NCBI GenBank assembly: GCA_021513715.1
Contig: CP084167.1
Span: 2,560,001-2,624,000 of the forward strand
DNA: 64,000 nucleotides
Direction: 5' to 3'
From: Candidatus Heimdallarchaeum endolithica
GTDB lineage: Archaea > Asgardarchaeota > Heimdallarchaeia > Heimdallarchaeales > Heimdallarchaeaceae
Of this stretch, positions 30,801-38,019 are shown one piece after another (positions within the stretch are counted from its first letter, which is position 1; each line of letters starts with the position of its first letter). The notes beneath the pieces were generated by a model, which had not been told where the DNA came from, ran no database searches, and worked only from the letters and a program-made list of their open reading frames with translations. Made by a program: the position numbers and the translations under genes.

Positions 30801-31492
30801 CAATAGCTTTAACAGCTCAAACGGGTACAATTATATATGACTATACCCTAAATTTGAGCGATTTTAATTATTCATTATATGGCGGTTACTTGTTAGAATA
30901 TCACTTTTATGTGGAAGATACAGTGGGCAATAATATGAGCACGACAACAATACAATTAGCCATTAGTAATCCTGCACCACCTAATCGTCCTCCTGTTGGG
31001 GATCCAACCAGCCCTGGTAGTGAAACTCCTATAGGCGGTATCGTTGGAGGAGCTGTTGGTGGAATTGTTGCACTTATTGTAATTCTCTTCCTGTGGTTTA
31101 ATAGGCATTCTCTCAGAAGTTATGCACAACAGCAAACACTGAGAAAAAGGCTACGAGACTACCTAAGAGATATATTGGACGATATTAATCGTCTAGGATC
31201 TGAAGGACGATACAAAGAAGCTATTCTAAAAACGTGGCAAGTGATAGAAGGTGTGGGGAGAGAGTTTTTCGATACTCCTAGGTTTAGACATCAAACACCT
31301 ATGGAGTATGCTACCGTTCTTTCCAGAAGAGGAAAGATAGATTTAGCAATCTTAAATACTCTTTCTGAGTATTTTGAAAAAGCAAGATATGGTGCTGAAG
31401 TAATTACTGAAACAGACTTTAATGCAACCATATCTGCATTAATGAAAATAGTTAACCAGCTAGAAGCTGGTGAAATGGAAATAGAAACATAA
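27797..31492 (+). CDS. Large single-pass surface glycoprotein with Ig-like repeats and cytoplasmic DUF4129 domain
   Basis: Signal peptide; Ser/Thr-rich beta-strand ectodomain with many N-x-S/T sequons; repeats starting DLDAPVI, DYEPPI, DDSPPII; Pro linker; TM GGIVGGAVGGIVALIVILFLWF; QTPMEYA...FEKARYG. Confidence 0.8.
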   Translation: MRTMKHYQHRKICTIFISLVILVSSLPVYSLNYDKIISKSDNSLILKENSLINHKNREKTNSYFHYSSHFTRKEKELFDNYGYYRFPLKNKLYIGTSETSLSSGTSRLKLSISSPTEGTKLFRGNTITVSGVLRSAAPNDFWDGETVELYYNLTEAEFKVDPDSYRSSNYYVTSVVTNSKGEFTATISTSTLSTDFRSKVGNITIFTWFNGDPEKGRGSGSPGSSYVFVYGGLKTDVTYSVTNPNQPYSFTTQILFDNDTVVQTSGSQYNIKVTWLTDNRVDINGNFTFDATNSHTYSNTSPSTIQTVKYESYYDSSQLSLNFFVAVGDSSFSNQLLHSVKQAATSEQVVVSSYYVTGAGLTDADILILLDSYITVYANISDSSGLVGAGYNVTLEFYHGTTRYNLTTIKTNSSGAIQTKHYVDHNNIGDITINNAFYVRMTVSASEFGGADVTPDTLGSVLQSIINSISISISNTTVFYTPGKSIAYTITVKDNFGRNAPLAQFQVDFPGLSTITSSTSSSGTKALSSIIPSYAVHTQTKTINVTALNTDGGSYKYIVNGTPQDSDTFNIYFDLSLTLKGPYDSNIVDGETVSYFNNTYYSFFQSGDIYNLTVVDEWGRNPIGAPFSLNFEGQIVSGVITSANNFIELDPDLDPATGVDINVPTTISLVAAAGEANYQSSISHTVTIYGPDLDAPVINGETLSPNPFTTASHEPFFNVSFSISVSDVGSGVRSVIIYYQVIESNDSSLLNPANWITLTLTDLGGGIWFGYINATTDYALQYVHYYIEVKDYAGYGLQENGTRQPTAQYDEDFGLTSYLYNETYTNYYQLGDYEPPIEVAVPSTVDSLDPKNPYLNITVYVNDSLIYTGVSQVLIFINRTAVGGTTEINWVNGAKMTNIPGTNAWFYQLLAEYNYQYSWYYIAYDNAEPSPGTYMSQTYTYDAIDDSPPIIYNIDVVPSSGLLWNSTMNFTIRVDDVQNEVENVTLFIVLTDPNGVEVENEAIALTAQTGTIIYDYTLNLSDFNYSLYGGYLLEYHFYVEDTVGNNMSTTTIQLAISNPAPPNRPPVGDPTSPGSETPIGGIVGGAVGGIVALIVILFLWFNRHSLRSYAQQQTLRKRLRDYLRDILDDINRLGSEGRYKEAILKTWQVIEGVGREFFDTPRFRHQTPMEYATVLSRRGKIDLAILNTLSEYFEKARYGAEVITETDFNATISALMKIVNQLEAGEMEIET

Positions 31493-31502
31493 GGTGAATA
31501 AA

Positions 31503-32015
31503 ATGTTTGGATGGGCAAAAAAGAGAAAAAGGTTAAAAAAATTAGATCAACTGTTTAATTCTGCTATGGCCGATGTAAGAATATTTGAGCAAAGGCAAGA
31601 CTATCGCGGAGCAGTAATTGCTTCATTTGGGGGGCTTACGAGTATTGCTGAGAACTTAATCAATCTTACAAGAGCTCCACATCAGACAGGTAGAGAATTT
31701 GGCATGCAAGTTGCAGAACAAGCAAATATCTCTACTGAAGTCATGGACGAATTTCTTACATCTTTTGAAATAGCTCGATATACTGAAAGAGAAATAGGTT
31801 ATGATGATTATCAAGAGGCTGTACAACGATTGGATGTTTGTTTTAGAGGTATACGAGAACAAGGTATTCAAGAAATAACTGAAGAAACATCTTCAAAGAA
31901 AGAAAAGAAACAGAAAATAAAAACAGCTAAAAAAGAAACAGCTAAAAAGGAAATAGCTAAAGTAAAAGCTAGTAAGCAATTAAAAACTAGAAAACAGTTG
32001 AAAACTAGAAGATAG
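31503..32015 (+). CDS. Soluble DUF4129-domain protein with Lys-rich repetitive tail
   Basis: YRGAVIASF...QTGREFG...FEIARYT. The track start GTG 31494 lies within the GGTGA SD, so ATG 31503 is preferred. Confidence 0.72.
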   Translation: MFGWAKKRKRLKKLDQLFNSAMADVRIFEQRQDYRGAVIASFGGLTSIAENLINLTRAPHQTGREFGMQVAEQANISTEVMDEFLTSFEIARYTEREIGYDDYQEAVQRLDVCFRGIREQGIQEITEETSSKKEKKQKIKTAKKETAKKEIAKVKASKQLKTRKQLKTRR

Positions 32016-32066
32016 TGGATTTTGGTAAATAAAGAAATAGAATAATCAAAAAATGGTGTGTAATGT

Positions 32067-33851
32067 ATGTCCGAGGAAGAAAATCAAGAAATAGTGGACA
32101 AGTATGAGAAAGAACTTGCAAAGCAAGAAGATGAATCAGCAAAAAAACAAAAGGTTAAGAAAGTAAAAACCAAAAAACAGAGTAAAAAACCAAAGAAAAA
32201 ATTTAAGCTTCAAAAAGTAAAATTTACGAAATATTCTTTGGCTATGACTTTGTTGTTTCTCATAGTTATAATTCCACTATTTATTGGTTTGGTTGGCTTG
32301 GGTGGAAAAAGTGTGAAATTTTCCATCTATAACACTGGATGGGATGGTCTTTCCACTGTGTATAATACATTACAAGCTGAAAATAAATATGAGATATCAA
32401 ATGGAATGTCAAGTTTGACAATCTTGAACAGATTAAATAGTAGTGGTGTTCTTGTAATTATTGGTCCAACAACAAGTTATAATTTCGCAGAAACTATTAG
32501 TCTTGTAACCTTTTTGGTTAGAGGAGGAAGTTTGATAGTTGCAGATGATTTTGGTTCAGGAAATAAGATATTTGAACCTTTTTGGAATGTTATTGAAACA
32601 TATGACTCACTTGTTTCTTTGGGACTTGTTCCTTCCTTAACAGACATATTTTTTGGAAATCAAAGTTCTCCTTCAAATGTTACATCAGTTGAAGATTTAG
32701 CTGGTGCAGCAATATTCGAGATGCTGGCTGGGATGTTAAAAGCAATAGGCTTTAACCAAACAGTATTAATGGACGCTGGAAGTAATTATGGGGGTGTAAG
32801 TTCTCAACCATTGTTAAAAGATACAAACCCTGATAATCCTTTGACAGCTGGAATCACAAAAGGTGTTCAGATGGAATTTGGTACGGTATTAAGCGTTAAA
32901 ATAAACAACTCTCGTTATAATCCTTCTACAAGACAGTATGAGTGGTATACAGATTGGGTTCCTTTGCAGCCTTTGTCTATAAATATTACGATTGAAGGTG
33001 GCGAATATGGCAATATGGAACCAATATTTATAGAAGATGTAATGTTGCCATTTCTCTCGTTTTTCACTACTACAACATCTTGGATGGAATCAAATTTTAG
33101 AGAAGCTTTAACTGGTGATGCGATACCAGATGAGGGTGAGTGGGGAAACACTGCTTTTGCGCCTATATTGTCAATACCTATAGGTAGAGGAAAAATAGTA
33201 ATGATTGGAGATCCTGACATTTTCATAAATAAATGGATAGAAGATACAGAACATAATGATAATCTTATATTTTGTCAGAATTTGTTTGATTATGTTACTG
33301 AAAATATTGTTGCAAATACAACAAGTGGAAAAATACCTATAATATTTGATGAAGGACATACACAATATAAATTTTATAGTCCAGCTCTGGTATCGACTAT
33401 TTTAATGAGGTTGATTACAGAGATGTCTATGTATCCACTTTATTCACCTTTTGTTCCTATTATGTTTGCAGTTATGGCATATCCCCTAATACCAAAAACT
33501 AGACGATTGACTCCTGTATTGTGGACACGATACAGAGGAGAAAGAGGAAGATCACGTTTTGAGCGTGAAATAAAAAGAATATTAGAAACTGGAAGCTACA
33601 GTGAAGCAGTAGGTTTGCTTTATAGGTCCATGTTAAGGGGAGTAAGAAAAGTTGATACTTCTGCCGCAAGTTCTCCTAGAGCTTTGGCAGAGTTCTTTAT
33701 TTCAAGGGGATTCCCCTTGAAAAAGGGAGCTTTGGTAAGCGAATTTGAGCGAATTGATCGCTATCTACAAAGACCAAAGTTGCTCCCACAATCAGAATTT
33801 GAAAAAATGTTGCAGTTTATCAAAAATCTAATTGATACTCTGCCTAAATAA
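32067..33851 (+). CDS. DUF4350-domain membrane protein (module B)
   Basis: FSIYNTGWDGLS, RGGSLIVADDFG, GRGKIVMIGDPDIFIN, IIFDEGH; paralogous motifs to 19300-20598. Confidence 0.8.
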   Translation: MSEEENQEIVDKYEKELAKQEDESAKKQKVKKVKTKKQSKKPKKKFKLQKVKFTKYSLAMTLLFLIVIIPLFIGLVGLGGKSVKFSIYNTGWDGLSTVYNTLQAENKYEISNGMSSLTILNRLNSSGVLVIIGPTTSYNFAETISLVTFLVRGGSLIVADDFGSGNKIFEPFWNVIETYDSLVSLGLVPSLTDIFFGNQSSPSNVTSVEDLAGAAIFEMLAGMLKAIGFNQTVLMDAGSNYGGVSSQPLLKDTNPDNPLTAGITKGVQMEFGTVLSVKINNSRYNPSTRQYEWYTDWVPLQPLSINITIEGGEYGNMEPIFIEDVMLPFLSFFTTTTSWMESNFREALTGDAIPDEGEWGNTAFAPILSIPIGRGKIVMIGDPDIFINKWIEDTEHNDNLIFCQNLFDYVTENIVANTTSGKIPIIFDEGHTQYKFYSPALVSTILMRLITEMSMYPLYSPFVPIMFAVMAYPLIPKTRRLTPVLWTRYRGERGRSRFEREIKRILETGSYSEAVGLLYRSMLRGVRKVDTSAASSPRALAEFFISRGFPLKKGALVSEFERIDRYLQRPKLLPQSEFEKMLQFIKNLIDTLPK

Positions 33852-33907
33852 AATAATGTTTCAAAGAAATAAAAAAATCAAAAAAAAGAAAAGGAAAGTG
33901 AAAAAAA

Positions 33908-34912
33908 ATGAGTGAAGAAGAAAAACCGGCTAAAAAACCGGCTAAAGGAAAAGCACAAACTGAAGCAGTGGTTACACCAAAAGATATCAAAAGAGTGTGG
34001 TCAGAGATCTATGCTGAATTAAAACGTGTAATTATTGGTAAATTAGATGTACTAGAAGATCTCTTTATTGCTCTTCTTGCAAGAGGGCATGTGTTGCTTG
34101 AAGGTGTACCTGGTGTTGCAAAAACTGTGATGGCTAAAAATTTTGCTGCTACACTTGGGGCTGAATTCAAAAGAGGACAATTTACTCCTGACTTACTCCC
34201 AAGCGATGTAGTAGGTACTACTATATATGATCCTAAAGCAGGAACATTTAAGATGAGAAAAGGCCCCATATTTACAAACATCTTCTTGGCTGACGAAATT
34301 AATCGAAGTCCTCCAAAAACCCAAGCTGCTTTGCTTGAAGCTATGGCTGAGAAACAAGTCACAGTAGAAGGAACCACATTTAAACTTGAGCCACCTTTTC
34401 TGGTAATTGCAACTCAGAACCCTGTAGAACAAGAAGGAACATACCCATTACCGGAAGCACAAGTAGATCGTTTTATGTTTAAATTGATTGTTGACCTACC
34501 TTCTCCAGAGGAAGAAATAGAAATAATTGATCTTTCACATAAACATGCTTTTCGTACAGTTCGCAGAATAACCACTCCTATGACTATCATTAGAATGATA
34601 GAAACTGTGGAAAAGAGAATCTATGTACATGAAGACATTATGTCCTACATCAGAGATATTACTGTAGCAACTCGTACTGATCCACGATTATTACTTGGTG
34701 GTTCTCCAAGATGTAGTATTGCGCTGTTAAATGCTTCAAAAGCTGTGGCAGCAATGAATGGCAGAGACTACGTTATTCCTGATGATGTTAAACGTGTCGC
34801 CAAGATAGGTGCAGCTCATCGTTTACAAATGAAACCTGAAGCGGAGTTGGAAGGTACCACTGGAAATATGGTTATGGATGATATCTTACGCAATTTACCT
34901 GTACCCGTATAA
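33908..34912 (+). CDS. moxR: MoxR-family AAA+ ATPase (module B)
   Basis: GHVLLEGVPGVAKT, QFTPDLLPSD, LADEINRSPPKTQAALLEAM, ATQNPVEQEGTYPLPEAQVDRF. Confidence 0.96.
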   Translation: MSEEEKPAKKPAKGKAQTEAVVTPKDIKRVWSEIYAELKRVIIGKLDVLEDLFIALLARGHVLLEGVPGVAKTVMAKNFAATLGAEFKRGQFTPDLLPSDVVGTTIYDPKAGTFKMRKGPIFTNIFLADEINRSPPKTQAALLEAMAEKQVTVEGTTFKLEPPFLVIATQNPVEQEGTYPLPEAQVDRFMFKLIVDLPSPEEEIEIIDLSHKHAFRTVRRITTPMTIIRMIETVEKRIYVHEDIMSYIRDITVATRTDPRLLLGGSPRCSIALLNASKAVAAMNGRDYVIPDDVKRVAKIGAAHRLQMKPEAELEGTTGNMVMDDILRNLPVPV

Positions 34913-34922
34913 ACTTAATTAG

Positions 34923-36371
34923 GTGATTACAATCTTTACACGAAGAGGAGGATACCTGATATTCTTTGGTATTGTAATGATTAGCATAGGCTTTGCACTT
35001 GCAGGTTTCCTAGCTCTAAATAACATTCTTGAATCATTTGGAGCACATCCAGTGCCTGAGACATCAACAGAACCCCCCCAAGGAACAGGATTAATGGACC
35101 TTTTCCATTTCTACCTTTTAGATTCGACTCTAATATGGTATTTCATCATCCTAGGAGTTATGCTTATTTTCTCCGTTATGCTTGGCTTACCATTCTATAG
35201 ACTTGGTGCAAATCCTGAATCTATTGAAATAAAAAGAAAAGTAGCTAAAGCAAAAGCTTTTGCTGGGGATTATGTGTATATAGAAGTGACAGTAAGAAAC
35301 AAATCAGTAAATCAGCTTCCCCATGTAGAAATTTATGATGCTATTCCAGAAGTTTTTGACTTGGTGTTAGGAGAAAATTTCATCATTACACAACTGAACC
35401 CAAAAGAAATAGTAACTTTTGGATATGTAGTAAGGATTCCAATAAGAGGGTTGTTTAACATTGGACCAACTAAAATAATAATTAAAGACCGAATGGGTTT
35501 TTATGCTACAGAAGGTGAAATTAAAACAAAAACAGAGATATTAGTTTATCCAAGCTATGAGGATATTAGAAAAATGGAAATGATTGGTAAAAAACGCCGA
35601 TTAGGAGTTATTTTTGGAATGCATCGAACTAAAGTTAAAGGAATGGGTGATGACTTCGCAGGAATCAGACAATATCAAACAGGAGATCCATTCAAGTTTA
35701 TTGATTGGAAAAGCGTTGCACGTTCAGGCAAAATGATGGTTCGTGAATTTGAAGCTGAACAAAATATTAGAGTCATTATCATGATTGATGCTTCTGCAAG
35801 TATGGGTGCTGGACTTCCTAGAAATACGAAACTAGAATATGCTATCCGAAGTGCAGTGTTATTAATGCATCTGGCTTTTGAAAAGCATGATATGGTTGGT
35901 TTGTGTGTATATGATGATGAAGTGAGGACTTGGATTGATCTAACTAGCTCTAGAAGCAGACTATTTGCATTTTTAGAAGCATTGGCCTTAGTGAAACCTA
36001 GGGGCGAATCAGATTTAGAGAAAGCTATGGATTATGCAATAAAAAGAACAAGAAGAGCATCGTATATTGTTGTTTTGTCTGATTTAGAGTCTCATCCTCA
36101 AAAAATAGTTTCTGCAATAAGACAGGCACGAGGACGAAAACATCAGGTCACTGTGATAAGTCCATTTGGTCCATGGTTTGAGATTGTATCACAGCAATTA
36201 AGCCCTATAGAACAATTGATAGGTTATGCAATGGTTGAAAAGCAGATGGGTGAAAGATATAGAATGTTTAAAGCTATAAGAAAATTCGATGCTACAACTG
36301 TTAATGTAGGTCCAGATGACTTCTTGCCTACTATAATGGCTCAATTTAGAAGAATGCAAAGGAGAGGATAA
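34923..36371 (+). CDS. DUF58 / vWA-domain protein with N-terminal TMs (module B)
   Basis: GDDFAGIRQYQTGDPFKFIDWKSVAR...VREFEAE; intact MIDAS DASAS; VLSDL. Confidence 0.92.
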   Translation: MITIFTRRGGYLIFFGIVMISIGFALAGFLALNNILESFGAHPVPETSTEPPQGTGLMDLFHFYLLDSTLIWYFIILGVMLIFSVMLGLPFYRLGANPESIEIKRKVAKAKAFAGDYVYIEVTVRNKSVNQLPHVEIYDAIPEVFDLVLGENFIITQLNPKEIVTFGYVVRIPIRGLFNIGPTKIIIKDRMGFYATEGEIKTKTEILVYPSYEDIRKMEMIGKKRRLGVIFGMHRTKVKGMGDDFAGIRQYQTGDPFKFIDWKSVARSGKMMVREFEAEQNIRVIIMIDASASMGAGLPRNTKLEYAIRSAVLLMHLAFEKHDMVGLCVYDDEVRTWIDLTSSRSRLFAFLEALALVKPRGESDLEKAMDYAIKRTRRASYIVVLSDLESHPQKIVSAIRQARGRKHQVTVISPFGPWFEIVSQQLSPIEQLIGYAMVEKQMGERYRMFKAIRKFDATTVNVGPDDFLPTIMAQFRRMQRRG

Positions 36372-36374
36372 AGA

Positions 36375-37889
36375 ATGGAATCGTTATCAGAAACAAGAAT
36401 GATTGATCTAGGAATTAGAGGTGTAGAACGAAGGCTCAAGGGCGCAAGAACGCAGACAATTATTACTAATGTAATCTCTAGAGTAATAGCAATAGGCGTG
36501 ATTTTGTGGCTGTTTCTTCAATTATGGACTAATATTGACAAAACAAAATTACCTCCAGGTCATTTGGTTGATTCTCTTACCATCGCCTTTCTTTATTTTG
36601 AGAGTGTTGCAGTTTTATTCTTCCTTATACCCATATTCTTAACCTCTCTGATTTTTGGGGCAATGGGCGGCAGTTCTGATGGAAGTGCTATATTACTTAC
36701 TGCTAGGGCATTCTTTACAGTAGACATTTTTAACAATGTATCTCCCCCTGAACCGTTGTCTTCATCTGATCTCTATGGGAGCGATAGCACAAACCTGCTT
36801 TCTGTTTTTACTAGCTCCTTTGGTTATCTGTGGAAAAACCGTGTCTTCTTTAAAGAAACTAACAGAGCAACAATTCTTATTTTAGCAGTTGTTATCTTCT
36901 GGTTAGGTGTAACTGCCTTCTTAATGAGGTCAGATATGCGAACGGCTGCGACTGTTTTTGCTTCTTCTCAATTTATTGTTCTATATGCTCAAACTCAATT
37001 ATTATTCAAAGATCAGTTGTCTTATTCTCCAACAGAAAAAATATTTGAGCTTTTTTCCTATGATGCAGTAATTACAGCTTTAGCCTCATATTTGTTCCTT
37101 GAAATAGCATTGCAAACTTCTTATATTTCAAAGATACTCAACCCAACACAAGACAGGCAAAAGAGGGTCTTACAAGCTCTTGATAGACTAAAGGAATTTA
37201 GACTGGGAGTAACTCCTGTAACAACTGAAATAAGTAAACCAGAGGAAGAGGAAACTAAAAAAGAAGCTTCAAAAACGATTTCTGGAGCAGGTAGCAGTTT
37301 AGTTAAAAAATATGGTGCTACAGCTGTTGCATTTTTAGCAGAAAAAACTAAAGACTCATTATTTGCTAAACCTGGGGGAAGACAAGCTAAATTAACTGGA
37401 AGGTTGCAACGATATCATGATAGTTTAGTGCATAGTGATACAGAAGTAGATCAAAAACTAGTGGGTGCGTCAGTTGCTGTTTCACCAATGATGACTATTG
37501 TATATATTACAATATCAATCATCTTTAGACTAGTAATTATGATGTTAGGATTATTCTTAGTCTTGAACCCTGATATTCTGTTGTTTATTCTTCGTTATCC
37601 TCCTTCAATTTATTATAGCTTAGAACTGTTAGAACCTGAAGGAGTGGTTTTGCTATTAATTCCTATTATAGTGATGATTTTATTGCTTACAGAATTAATA
37701 GGTTATATACAAAAAAGATTGGCTGCAAGAATAAGTCAAGAAAAAACAGAAGAAGAACTAATGGAAGAAATACAGTATGAAGAAGAAGAGGGGACAGGAA
37801 TAGTAACTGAAGGGCCGATAAGCGGAATATCAGAGGAAGAATTATTCTATAAACAATTAGAAGAAGAATTCTCTGATGAAGAAGAATAA
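36375..37889 (+). CDS. Multi-pass membrane protein with acidic C-terminal tail (module B terminal gene)
   Basis: About 7 hydrophobic segments, a large central soluble loop and a Glu-rich tail. Confidence 0.75.
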   Translation: MESLSETRMIDLGIRGVERRLKGARTQTIITNVISRVIAIGVILWLFLQLWTNIDKTKLPPGHLVDSLTIAFLYFESVAVLFFLIPIFLTSLIFGAMGGSSDGSAILLTARAFFTVDIFNNVSPPEPLSSSDLYGSDSTNLLSVFTSSFGYLWKNRVFFKETNRATILILAVVIFWLGVTAFLMRSDMRTAATVFASSQFIVLYAQTQLLFKDQLSYSPTEKIFELFSYDAVITALASYLFLEIALQTSYISKILNPTQDRQKRVLQALDRLKEFRLGVTPVTTEISKPEEEETKKEASKTISGAGSSLVKKYGATAVAFLAEKTKDSLFAKPGGRQAKLTGRLQRYHDSLVHSDTEVDQKLVGASVAVSPMMTIVYITISIIFRLVIMMLGLFLVLNPDILLFILRYPPSIYYSLELLEPEGVVLLLIPIIVMILLLTELIGYIQKRLAARISQEKTEEELMEEIQYEEEEGTGIVTEGPISGISEEELFYKQLEEEFSDEEE

Positions 37890-38019
37890 AAATAGAACAA
37901 AACTTTCCTTTTCTTTTTATTTTTTTAAGAACTAAATTTCACTTTTTTGATATTTATTAATACCAAAAGAAAATAATGAACTTCAAAATAAAAAATGGAA
38001 TAAATAAAAAAATAAACAA

